Shown here piece by piece: positions 9,135 to 17,952 of a stretch of DNA of 62,225 nucleotides. Source of the stretch: Chthoniobacteraceae bacterium (GTDB lineage Bacteria; Verrucomicrobiota; Verrucomicrobiia; Chthoniobacterales; Chthoniobacteraceae). The notes beneath the pieces are model-generated. The model was not told the origin of the DNA and searched no databases. It saw only the letters and a list, made by a program, of their open reading frames with translations. The position numbers and the translations under genes are program-made. Each line of letters starts with the position of its first letter. Position 1 is the first letter of the stretch. Location: positions 1-62,225 of the forward strand of contig CANFNA010000001.1 in assembly GCA_947448395.1 (NCBI GenBank), given 5' to 3'.

Positions 9135-10559
9135 TCAGAGCGCCGGAAAAAGACAGTCAATTTTAAGAACCGCAACCAGTGTTCCTCCCGCATTCACCAC
9201 GTGAGATACGGGAAGCTTATAACCGTCTTTTACAGGTTCGAATGAAGTGGATGGAAACTCACGAATGCTGAGGACCTGATCCACCAATAGCCCTGTCATG
9301 GCGCCCTCCAAGATCGCGAGGAGGCAGGGGGGATGTTCGCCGGAAGATGCGGAATCCGCACTCCCGTCTTTGTCACTTTGTGGGGGTTGGGCAACCTGTT
9401 TACGCAGGTCAATCACTGGGACGATTCCATCACCAACATCAGCCATGCCATCAAAGTACTTCAGCTCGCTTGGAAGTGGCGTGAGTCGAACTCCAGCCTG
9501 AATGCGCGTGATTCGCTCGAGTGTTAAGCCGAATGTCTCTGCACCGATTCTGACTGTCAGCATTTGCTGGGCGCTCTCTGCGGTATCGCCTTCCTGCTGG
9601 ATGCTATCAAGCTCGATGACTCCACCACTTGTCGGTGCCATGGCTCGTAATTCTTTTTCCATCGGCTCCACGAGCTTGAGAGGATCAATGACCCCAACGA
9701 TGCGGTCTGGGTCGAGCACCAGATATTCACGTACACCGCCCATCGGCTGTTCCATCGCGTACACGTTGTCGGGCGCGAAACGCTCTAATCCGAGCGCCTT
9801 ATCAATGAAGAGAGCCACTTGCGGTCCATTCTCCAATTCTGCGACCAAGCAAGTCTCTCGCCCAGCAGACAGCTCTTTTCCTAATAGCCGAGAAGTGGAC
9901 AGCGCTAATATCGGAGTGCCTCGTAGATCAATCAATCCGAGGACCCAGTCAGGGGTGCCAGGCATGAAGCGAATATTCCCAGGGTTGTTCAGTTCTAAAA
10001 CGTCCCCGGATGCGAAGGCATAATGCTCGGAGGCAATCTCCGTGAGCAGAAAGGAAATGGATGCCGCTGAGATTTCTGCGGAAGTACTTTCAGGCTTATC
10101 TGCAGAGGCCAACATGACTTCGCCGCTCGGAACCAATGCGTCTACAACGTCGGATTGGCTGAGCCTTTCGATGTCGAGCATGTGGAGCGTCTCATTGCCG
10201 TGCGTAAACGCTGCTTTGAAAAGCGGATGATCGACCGATGCGTCTGCGTTAGATTTGAGAGCCGACTCGGAGTCGATCTCGATCATGGAGTTCACCTGCT
10301 GCACGCGGAGGGCAAGCGAACCGCTGGCGTCTGTCACCACAATGAGAAAGCCGCCCGGGGGTTGTGTTTGTCCAAGTACACGAGCCAGATCGATCTGCGG
10401 TACGACCTGACCGATGGCCTCCACGAGACCTTCAAATGCGGCACTGGAAAACGGCAGAGGTGTCAGCGGACCTCCTTCTACGACGCCGATGACTCGGTCG
10501 TGCGGAATCGCGACAGCCGTCTCATTGAATTTGCAGCATAGAAGATTCAGTTGAGCCAT
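9135..10559 (-). CDS. cheW: chemotaxis scaffold protein with three CheW-like domains
   Basis: Three successive CheW-like modules. Each has the pattern 'xxAIPxxxVxxV...(I/V)PxIDLxxxLG...(L/V)VD' (e.g. VAIPHDRVIGVVE...VVPQIDLARVLG; HYAFASGDVLEL...GTPILALSTSRLLG; TFGLTLERITRI...IVPVIDLRKQV). It is the last gene of the che operon. Confidence 0.8.
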   Translation of the reverse strand: MAQLNLLCCKFNETAVAIPHDRVIGVVEGGPLTPLPFSSAAFEGLVEAIGQVVPQIDLARVLGQTQPPGGFLIVVTDASGSLALRVQQVNSMIEIDSESALKSNADASVDHPLFKAAFTHGNETLHMLDIERLSQSDVVDALVPSGEVMLASADKPESTSAEISAASISFLLTEIASEHYAFASGDVLELNNPGNIRFMPGTPDWVLGLIDLRGTPILALSTSRLLGKELSAGRETCLVAELENGPQVALFIDKALGLERFAPDNVYAMEQPMGGVREYLVLDPDRIVGVIDPLKLVEPMEKELRAMAPTSGGVIELDSIQQEGDTAESAQQMLTVRIGAETFGLTLERITRIQAGVRLTPLPSELKYFDGMADVGDGIVPVIDLRKQVAQPPQSDKDGSADSASSGEHPPCLLAILEGAMTGLLVDQVLSIREFPSTSFEPVKDGYKLPVSHVVNAGGTLVAVLKIDCLFPAL

Positions 10560-10574
10560 TGGAAAGGATGAGAG

Positions 10575-12326
10575 TTAACCGCCTTTGGATTCCATCGACC
10601 AGACGCCATCCCAATCGGCTCTAGGGGTGGACGCAAGGACGCGGCATCGGTCCATGAAGACCTTGCATGCTTTGTCCCGCGGATTGCATTCCAGCGCAGA
10701 CTCAAATTTTGGCAGCGCAGCGCGGAACTGTCCTGCAGTGTAGAGCTTGAACGCTGCATCAAAGGCTTCCAGCCAAGGTCCATCTTTCGCTTCCTCGTAC
10801 TTATAAAAAATCTCGTGCACCTTCGTGGGTGTTTGTTGGCCTTTGACACGAACGCGATCAATCAAACGGGAGTGAACTGGAATCGCAAGCTGCTCGAAAG
10901 TAGCTCCACAAACGAGCAGCTGTGCGCCGTAGTTGCTGGTCAAACTTTCAATCCGCGATGAGAGGTTCACAGCGTTTCCGATGACCGTGTAATTCATGCG
11001 TTCGGGCGAACCCAGTTGACCGGCCACCACCTCACCCGTTGCCAAACCAATTCCGATGTTGAATGGCAAATGACCGTCTGCCAGGCGGTCTGAATTGAAC
11101 AGCTCAAGCGCTTGGAGCATCGCAATTGCGCCTTGCACTGCATTTTCCGCGTCTTTGCCTGTACTAGTTGGAACGCCGAATAACGCCATTACGGCATCCC
11201 CTATGAATTTATCGATGATTCCAAAGTTACCCTTAATGACATCGGCCATGAAGGTGAAGTAATCGTTCATCATCGTCACGAGAGCCTCTGGATGAAGGCC
11301 CTCGCACAACTTAGTGAAGCCCCGTACATCACTGAAAAGGATCGTGGCCTGCGCAAGCTTGCCTCCTAAGCCCAAATTTTGACCTGACATCACCGCGTCA
11401 GTCACGCTGCTGGACATCGCGCGATCGAGAACCTTGCGCAGCGCTTGTTCCGCAGAAACATCCTCAAAAGTGACCAACAACGCCGCCGATTTCCTTAAAT
11501 CTGGGGCGGCGGGTACAATGCTGATGCGAAACGGGACCCACTCGCCATCCTCGGTCGAAAAATCGACCCGATGGGCCTTTTTCTCTGCGCCAGTTGCAAG
11601 AACTTCGCGGATTTCGTCAGCAATCAGTTCATTAAACTCTCCGAACAGTTGAGATAAGGGCAAGCCGATAGGAATGGCCGTATTGCGTCCCAACAGCTTT
11701 GTTGCGATCTCGTTTGCGTAGACCACATTGAGGCCGATGTCTAAAGCGACTACTCCTGAGTTGATGGTATTGAGAAGCGCAGAATGAACTGTGCGCAAGG
11801 AGACGGGCGGTGCAGCTTGCGCTGTCGCTGCTGGATTCTCAGCGACTTCCTCACTCTGCAGCGCGTCCTCTTCACCTTCAGATTCTCCATTCAGAGGGAG
11901 TCCGCACACGCGACGAAGCGTCTGAACAATCTTGGATCCGCGACTGCTCTTGATGTCCATGCTCACGGAGCCGGACGGTTTGTCTAAGACATCGGCGGCA
12001 CCTAAGCGAAGCGCTTCCGCACGCTCTGCGGATCCTTCAAATCCGAGTGAGGACAGGATGACTACCTTTGAGGGACTGCGCAGACCCAAGCGACGGAGCG
12101 TCTCTAAGCCGGAGAGCTCGGGCATTTCGATGTCGAGAAGCACGACATCCGGACGGTGCTGACGAACCTTCTGTAAAGCAATCTTTCCGTTCTCTGCGGT
12201 GTCGATTACCCGCAGGTCAGGATCGGACTCCACAATTTCCCGTACCAGACGACGCATGATGTTGCTGTCATCTACGACGAGCACATTTTTAGGACCGATT
12301 GGCTGTGCAGCAGGGGTTTCCATCAC
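10575..12326 (-). CDS. response regulator with PAS, class III adenylate/guanylate cyclase and TPR-like domains
   Basis: Canonical CheB/CheY-type receiver (VLVVDDSNIMRR...PDVVLLDIEMPELSG...VVILSS...GAADVLDKP). PAS-like segment (LNTINSGVVALDIGLNVVYANE...). Cyclase homology domain (ATILFSDVRGFTKL...IDKFIGDAVMALFG...NYTVIGNAVNLSSRIE). TPR-like tail. ATG at 12323 is an equally good start because it shares one nt with the upstream TGA. Confidence 0.85.
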   Translation of the reverse strand: MMETPAAQPIGPKNVLVVDDSNIMRRLVREIVESDPDLRVIDTAENGKIALQKVRQHRPDVVLLDIEMPELSGLETLRRLGLRSPSKVVILSSLGFEGSAERAEALRLGAADVLDKPSGSVSMDIKSSRGSKIVQTLRRVCGLPLNGESEGEEDALQSEEVAENPAATAQAAPPVSLRTVHSALLNTINSGVVALDIGLNVVYANEIATKLLGRNTAIPIGLPLSQLFGEFNELIADEIREVLATGAEKKAHRVDFSTEDGEWVPFRISIVPAAPDLRKSAALLVTFEDVSAEQALRKVLDRAMSSSVTDAVMSGQNLGLGGKLAQATILFSDVRGFTKLCEGLHPEALVTMMNDYFTFMADVIKGNFGIIDKFIGDAVMALFGVPTSTGKDAENAVQGAIAMLQALELFNSDRLADGHLPFNIGIGLATGEVVAGQLGSPERMNYTVIGNAVNLSSRIESLTSNYGAQLLVCGATFEQLAIPVHSRLIDRVRVKGQQTPTKVHEIFYKYEEAKDGPWLEAFDAAFKLYTAGQFRAALPKFESALECNPRDKACKVFMDRCRVLASTPRADWDGVWSMESKGG

Positions 12327-12826
12327 GATTTATCGGGCGAAAGGTCAGAAATATTCTCGGCAGCCTCTCTGCTCAACGCGACCAGAGCGTTAAGGAAATC
12401 GCGCTTTTGGGAGCGGTCTTGCATGGGCCAGTGAGCAGACGTGCGTACTCGAACCGAGAACGTTCCATCTGGTATTCTGAGGGCAAGGTCGCAGAGGTTG
12501 CTGATACGGCGCGGGAGGGCGGGAAGCGGGCACAATGAGGAGTCGTCGCAATGAACGATTTGCTCAACCGCATCAACAATGAGAAATGCGGAGTACTCAC
12601 CGTCGTCCGAGAGCCAGTGGAGTCCAGCGCATGAATCCGTATTCGGGGAACAACCCGGCTGCAGTAACTTACGGACATCGACTACAGGCAATGCGGGTCG
12701 GATTTGTTTCCTTGGAATTTGGCGTGGCAGCACCGCCCCCCGCTCTAGCGCGCAAATCGAATGAATGCTTCTGCCCGGAAACAGGAGTCGGTAATTGAGA
12801 CAACGAGTGGCGACGTGTTCGCTCAT
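12323..12826 (-). CDS. divergent single-domain CheW-like protein
   Basis: RPALPVVDVRKLLQPG...YSAFLIVDAVEQIVHCD...LPALPRRI...LALRIPDGTFSVRV follows the CheW core pattern. ATGA overlap with the cheA stop and TGATG overlap with the next gene. It is too divergent to be certain by eye. Confidence 0.5.
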   Translation of the reverse strand: MSEHVATRCLNYRLLFPGRSIHSICALERGAVLPRQIPRKQIRPALPVVDVRKLLQPGCSPNTDSCAGLHWLSDDGEYSAFLIVDAVEQIVHCDDSSLCPLPALPRRISNLCDLALRIPDGTFSVRVRTSAHWPMQDRSQKRDFLNALVALSREAAENISDLSPDKS

Positions 12827-15555
12827 GGCGCCGAGAGGGTCTCAAGATTGTGGGTTGGATGGTTTCTGAGGCCAGTAACCACGGAGCGTTTGGCTAATTC
12901 AAAAAGACCGTCTGGATCAACGACGATCACGATTCGATCTGTGCCTAAGGTAGAGATGCCCCCGATCCCTGGTAAGTGGGCGATGCGTGGGTGCATTTCT
13001 TGGATCAGCAGATCATTGCGTCGCAATATTTTATGAACCTCGATGCCGATTCTGCGTTCCCCATATTCACAGACGATAATCGACATGAGCTCATGGGCCA
13101 TTCCTACGGGAGAAGGAAGCTGAAGCAGGTCCACTAACCGGAATACGGGCAGAAAGCGATCGTGCAGGAGAATGGAACGCTGACCATTGACGAGCTGCAG
13201 CTCGCTGCTTGGAACAAGTGTACCCTCCACCACGATCCGGTCTGGGAACGCCACGGTTTGAATGCCGGTTTCAGCAAGAAGCATCGGCTGGATGGCCTTC
13301 GAGAGAGGCATATCCAAGCGGAAAGTCGTTCCCCGTCCGGCGCGTGTTTGGATCTCAATTTTTCCGCCAAGCTTTGTCACGTTTACAAGTGCGACATCCA
13401 TCCCGACGCCACGCCCAGACGTGTCTGTAATTTTTTCGGCGGTTGAAAAACCTGGGGTGAAAATAAACCGCGCAATTTGCTCATCACTCAAAGTCTTGCT
13501 TTGCTCCTCACTCACCAACCCAGCGGCAACCGCTTTTCCACGGACCCGCTCGATATTGATGCCGCGACCATCATCCGCAATCTCGACCACAATATGGTTT
13601 CCTCGTTGTTCGGCGGACAACACGAGAGAGGCGGTGCGGGGTTTTCCGGCAGCCAGCCTGTCTTCAGGCCCTTCGATACCATGGTCAACGCTGTTGCGGA
13701 GCATATGCATGAGCGGATCCGCAAGTAGCTCAACCATTCCATTATCCACCCGAATTCCTTTCGAGTGCGCTTCGAATCGAACGAGTTTTTTTTGTTTTTG
13801 CGCGGTATCTCTGACCATGCGCGGGAAGCGATTGAAAAGCGTATCGATCGGAATGACGCGCAGACCGAGCGTGGTTTCGTGAATGAGCGAAATTAAACGG
13901 TGCGCTTCCGCCTCGAGGGAGGCGAAGTCATTCTGCTGACGCACCAGCCAGTCAATCTTCGGAAGCAGTTGGGGCGCGTGGCGTCCCATGTAGTCCGAGA
14001 GTTCGCGGAGAATCTCGTGAGCCTGACTGTCGTAGACCATCGCATTGAAGCGAGATGAGACGCTGAAGAACTGGCCAATCCGGCCAAACATCATATCGAG
14101 TAGCTCGACAGGAACTCTGACCTGTGCGCCGCCCATCGCTGTCGCGGTCGAGGGCTTTAGTTTGATTCCAAAATGAGCGGCGTTCTGGCGGCCATCCAAT
14201 TTCCGCAATACCAGACCGTCAGCATGAGGAAGTTTTAGGGTGAGTAATGTGCGAAATTCGTCTTCGCGTTTAGAACTGAAAATCAGGAAAGCGAGAGAAG
14301 CGCCGCCATCAATCACGGTCCGTTCCGTTAGTAAAATTTCGCAGACTCCGCTGATTGCATTCGAAAGCTCCGCTAGTGCAGTCCCCTCGGCTGGCTGTGG
14401 AACGATGGCCTCATAGAGTTCGCCACTTCGGCTCTTTATCCACACCGGCAGACGCTCCAAGAGACTGGGCGGCGCGATTTGAAACCGGTCGGGATCAAGC
14501 TTTCTAGCGGTCCACCACTTCTTCCCAGCCTCCGGCACGAGAATGCTTGCCAGAAGCCGCTCACGGATTTGTTCCGCTGCTAGCGCAGACAACGGGGAAA
14601 TCTGTGCCGCATCGGTTTGCAAATCCGAGTGGATAGCATCGTGGGCAACTTGCAGTAGATGCGATTTTGAGGGATCAGAATCTGGGAGATTAGCAATCGC
14701 CGGCAAAAGCGCACACATTGGGGATCCAGGCGTCAGGACTGCGAGAAGGTCCATGCCTCTGAGAAGTTCACCTCGTTGTAGTAACTCTTCGAGTTCCCTC
14801 CGAAACCATGAGCGCACCGCGAGTGCAGCTTCAGCCCAACCGCATGACGTTCCGATCAGATGCCGGAAGTTTTCGAGCACACGTAGAAACTTGGCGAACG
14901 CAAAAGCGGTCTTTCGCGAAGCTGCTTCCGATAGGGCCTGAGTGAGGGCCGGTAGATGAATTCGGCTCAAGGCAAACTGGATGAGTTCCACGTCTTCGTG
15001 AACACGCTCGGGTGAGCAGGAAGAGGGGTCCGCGAATGCGCGCGCCAGATCTGGGAGGAGTTCCTCAAATAACTCCCCTTGTGCAACCAGAGTGTCCGAG
15101 TCAAAGAAGAGGTCGGCGTTGGGATGTTTTGTGTCATCCGACGACGTCTTGGCGGTTGTTGCGAGAGAGCCACCGCCTTTCAAAGCGGCTTTGAGGCCGT
15201 CAATCAGCTGGGGATTGGCTTCAAACTCTTTGCCCGCGAGCAGGTCTGCCCGAGCTTGCTTGATTGCATCTAGTGCTTTCAGAAGCAAGTCTTGGGCATC
15301 GTCATTGAAGCTCTGGGAACCCGAACGAAAGGTCGCCAGAAGCGATTCCGACTCGTGGGCGAGACTTTCTAAGGCCGCGAAATTGACGACGCGTGAGAGG
15401 CCTTTGACAGAATGAAAACTGCGGAAGAGCAGATTGATTTCGTCCGCCGTTGGTGGCTCTGTTCCGGGCCGGACGAGAATTTGCTCAGAAGCCTCGATAT
15501 GTTCGGAGACCTCATTTGCAAATTCCTGCACAAGAGCTGGATCACGTTGGCTCAA
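12823..15555 (-). CDS. cheA: chemotaxis histidine kinase CheA (Hpt - long insert - dimerisation - HATPase - CheW-like)
   Basis: Hpt with LFRSFHSVKG (His48). Dimerisation segment QVRVPVELLDMMFGRIGQF. N box DPLMHMLRNSVDHGIE, G1 box EIADDGRGIN, F/G2 boxes FTPGFST...SGRGVGMDVA. C-terminal CheW-like domain. The apparent start is TTG, overlapping the upstream stop (TTGA). Confidence 0.9.
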   Translation of the reverse strand: MSQRDPALVQEFANEVSEHIEASEQILVRPGTEPPTADEINLLFRSFHSVKGLSRVVNFAALESLAHESESLLATFRSGSQSFNDDAQDLLLKALDAIKQARADLLAGKEFEANPQLIDGLKAALKGGGSLATTAKTSSDDTKHPNADLFFDSDTLVAQGELFEELLPDLARAFADPSSCSPERVHEDVELIQFALSRIHLPALTQALSEAASRKTAFAFAKFLRVLENFRHLIGTSCGWAEAALAVRSWFRRELEELLQRGELLRGMDLLAVLTPGSPMCALLPAIANLPDSDPSKSHLLQVAHDAIHSDLQTDAAQISPLSALAAEQIRERLLASILVPEAGKKWWTARKLDPDRFQIAPPSLLERLPVWIKSRSGELYEAIVPQPAEGTALAELSNAISGVCEILLTERTVIDGGASLAFLIFSSKREDEFRTLLTLKLPHADGLVLRKLDGRQNAAHFGIKLKPSTATAMGGAQVRVPVELLDMMFGRIGQFFSVSSRFNAMVYDSQAHEILRELSDYMGRHAPQLLPKIDWLVRQQNDFASLEAEAHRLISLIHETTLGLRVIPIDTLFNRFPRMVRDTAQKQKKLVRFEAHSKGIRVDNGMVELLADPLMHMLRNSVDHGIEGPEDRLAAGKPRTASLVLSAEQRGNHIVVEIADDGRGINIERVRGKAVAAGLVSEEQSKTLSDEQIARFIFTPGFSTAEKITDTSGRGVGMDVALVNVTKLGGKIEIQTRAGRGTTFRLDMPLSKAIQPMLLAETGIQTVAFPDRIVVEGTLVPSSELQLVNGQRSILLHDRFLPVFRLVDLLQLPSPVGMAHELMSIIVCEYGERRIGIEVHKILRRNDLLIQEMHPRIAHLPGIGGISTLGTDRIVIVVDPDGLFELAKRSVVTGLRNHPTHNLETLSAP

Positions 15556-15983
15556 GGTCTATGAGGGGGTTGGGCGGCGTGCCGCAATTGTTTGATATAG
15601 TCCGTCGAAGCCTCAGAAAACAGGAAGGTGCTCGCCTTTCCTTGAGGCTTTAGAAGAACAGCCGAGACGCCGATGGATACCAAAGGATCCAAGGCGGCAA
15701 GTCCGGCGGCCGCGGCTGCACCAGTAACTAGGATGGGTGCGGAGGTGAGGAGTGTCAGCTTAGCAACTAAAGCGGCAGCTTCAGAGAGCTCGAGCGTATC
15801 GAGGTCGATCAAGAAAGCGGCTGCAGGCGAAGACCGTGCAGATTCGATCGCGCGGGTTTCGGGGATGACGGTGATTGCAATAGATGCGGTTGGGTTGTCG
15901 TCTCGGGCGCATCCGGATTCGAGTGCCGCGGCGAATGCGGAGTCTGAAGAAACCAGAAATAGAGGAAGCTCCGCGCGACTCAT
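15552..15983 (-). CDS. small receiver-like (CheY-fold?) protein with an incomplete acidic pocket
   Basis: Start re-picked at the ATG that forms ATGA with the cheB stop (143 aa). Pattern LFLVSSDS / AAFLIDLDT / PILVTGA / AVLLKP matches REC beta1, beta3-Asp, beta4-Thr and beta5-Lys spacing. The DD pair is replaced by S-S-D-S. Confidence 0.45.
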   Translation of the reverse strand: MSRAELPLFLVSSDSAFAAALESGCARDDNPTASIAITVIPETRAIESARSSPAAAFLIDLDTLELSEAAALVAKLTLLTSAPILVTGAAAAAGLAALDPLVSIGVSAVLLKPQGKASTFLFSEASTDYIKQLRHAAQPPHRP

Positions 15984-17077
15984 GGGGTTAAAGACGGGGA
16001 GGTGTTTACGCCGGTGCGACCGAATGAGGTGAACCAACGCCGCAGGGTGAAGGCGATTTGTTCAGGGGTCTGGATCTCGCGCGCGGCTCCATTTTGAATC
16101 GCTGCGGAAGGCATACCTGCGACCGCGCAAGTATCTGGGCGCTGTGCGATCACGGGATAGCCCTGAAGCATGAGTGCGTGCGCCCCCTTAGCGCCATCCT
16201 GACCCATACCGGTAAGGATCATGGAGTGTGTTGGGATGCGCGCGGAGGCCGCGGTTTCCAGCAGATGATCGATGCTAGGATGAAAAGGGTTACCGGGGAC
16301 TGTCGCCTCGCGCAAACGAAAGGCGCCGGCGGTTCCTCGGAGGATTTCAAAGTCACGACCGCCCTGCACGAGCCCTATAATTCCGGCTGGGGGCACTGGG
16401 CCGCGGCCTACTTCAATGACCGTGTGTCCAGAGTCTTCGCGTAGACGTTTTGCAAATTCCGCGGTCTCACCTACGGGCATGTGCTGAGCAATCAAAAAAG
16501 GGAGAGTTGGTTTTGGAATTTCTTTGAGAAGTTTCAACAGGAGAGGTGGTCCACCAGTGGAAATGCCGATGACCACGAGCTCTGGAGGCAGAGGTTTTGG
16601 TGGGCTGCAAGGCAGGCTCTCTGATTTGACGCCAGTGGCGGATGACACTGAAACAGGAGCTTCGGCCAGAAGGCTGGCTGTTCCCTGCAGCCAAGCCTCG
16701 CGAAGGCTACGCACAGCCTTTGGTAATTCAGACTGAAGGTGGGCGAGATCCATCTCGCCAGGGCGCCGTCCGGAAAGAGCTCGCACCGATGGTTTCGAAG
16801 ATAAAGAGACGGGGAGTGGCAGAGCTTTTGGACTTAGGACCAGCGTGGGCTCCCGGCGGAGCGTCAGAAATTTTTCGAGTTGCGCACCGTCTTGCTCGAG
16901 GAGGAGTTCGATGTCGACCAATGCCACGCAATCGGTGGAGGTTCTCAACAGGCGCTCGATTCCTGAGCAATCGCGTTCTTCCCCCAGAAGAACAAGCTCC
17001 GGCGCCTCACTAAGAGCCTTTCGCAGAACGATGGCGGTGAAGGTCGATTTAACTCCAAGACAGACGCGGAACTTCAT
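15980..17077 (-). CDS. cheB: protein-glutamate methylesterase CheB with a degenerate receiver domain
   Basis: Methylesterase triad motifs are present: VVIGISTGGP (Ser), IAQHMP (His), ILTGMGQDGA (Asp). The N-terminal REC-like domain reads KFRVCLGVKS where VxxDDS is expected. Confidence 0.85.
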   Translation of the reverse strand: MKFRVCLGVKSTFTAIVLRKALSEAPELVLLGEERDCSGIERLLRTSTDCVALVDIELLLEQDGAQLEKFLTLRREPTLVLSPKALPLPVSLSSKPSVRALSGRRPGEMDLAHLQSELPKAVRSLREAWLQGTASLLAEAPVSVSSATGVKSESLPCSPPKPLPPELVVIGISTGGPPLLLKLLKEIPKPTLPFLIAQHMPVGETAEFAKRLREDSGHTVIEVGRGPVPPAGIIGLVQGGRDFEILRGTAGAFRLREATVPGNPFHPSIDHLLETAASARIPTHSMILTGMGQDGAKGAHALMLQGYPVIAQRPDTCAVAGMPSAAIQNGAAREIQTPEQIAFTLRRWFTSFGRTGVNTSPSLTP

Positions 17078-17919
17078 ACGTGAAATCGTCCTTTCTTTTT
17101 CCAGGCTATAACCCGGGAGTCCGTTAGCATTTCAAACTCATCGGTCTCGCGGAGCGTATCAGCGGGGCCCAGCATTAAAACGCCTCCTATTCGCAGCGTC
17201 CGCTCGAGTTTTTTTTGGACGACTCGAACGGTGTTGGAGTCGAAGTAAATGAGGATATTCCGGCATAGGATGAGATCGACTTCGGTGAGAGGAGGTGCGT
17301 CTTCGATGAGATTGCGTTGCTGAAAGGAGGTGGTCCTGCGCAGGCCATCATCGGCTTTCCATATTTTCTCGGTACCTGCCAGAATGGACTGGAAATGGTG
17401 CCGAGCAAACGCAGGCACATCGCGGAAGCTATTCAATCCAGAGCTGACAGTATATTCGCCAGCGCGTGCTCGGTGAATCATAGCGGGGCTAAGATCAGTG
17501 CCGATTACTGATACGTCCCAGAGCGAAGCCGAGGGCCCAAAAAATCGGCTAATCGCATCGCGGAGCATGAGGGATGTGGAGTAAGCCTCTTCACCAGAGG
17601 AACATCCTGCACACCAGGCCCGGAATTGTTTTTGGCCCACTGAATGTTTTTCTTCCAGTAGGCTCGGAAGAACGGTTTCAGCGAGAAATTGAAGCTGTGA
17701 GGAATGGCGGAAAAAATAGGTCTCGTGGATAAGAAAAGGTTCGATGAAGTCAGCCCACTCTTGACTCCCTGGAGAGAATCCAGCGATGCGGTTTACGGTT
17801 GCTGCGCCATCATCGGAAGAACGATTTTCCAACAACGAATCGACCTTCGGGCGCGAGATTTCGCGACGAAGACCGGTGCGTTGAGCAATCACTTCGGTGA
17901 GATATTCAGCCGGGTTCAT
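17074..17919 (-). CDS. cheR: chemotaxis protein methyltransferase CheR
   Basis: ETYFFRH, the SAM-binding motif FRAWCAGCSSGEEAYSTSLML, and DLILCRNILIYFD are typical CheR motifs. ATGA overlap with cheB. Confidence 0.9.
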   Translation of the reverse strand: MNPAEYLTEVIAQRTGLRREISRPKVDSLLENRSSDDGAATVNRIAGFSPGSQEWADFIEPFLIHETYFFRHSSQLQFLAETVLPSLLEEKHSVGQKQFRAWCAGCSSGEEAYSTSLMLRDAISRFFGPSASLWDVSVIGTDLSPAMIHRARAGEYTVSSGLNSFRDVPAFARHHFQSILAGTEKIWKADDGLRRTTSFQQRNLIEDAPPLTEVDLILCRNILIYFDSNTVRVVQKKLERTLRIGGVLMLGPADTLRETDEFEMLTDSRVIAWKKKGRFHV

Positions 17920-17952
17920 GCGAACAGGGACTTGGTCCCAGAACGGATGCGG

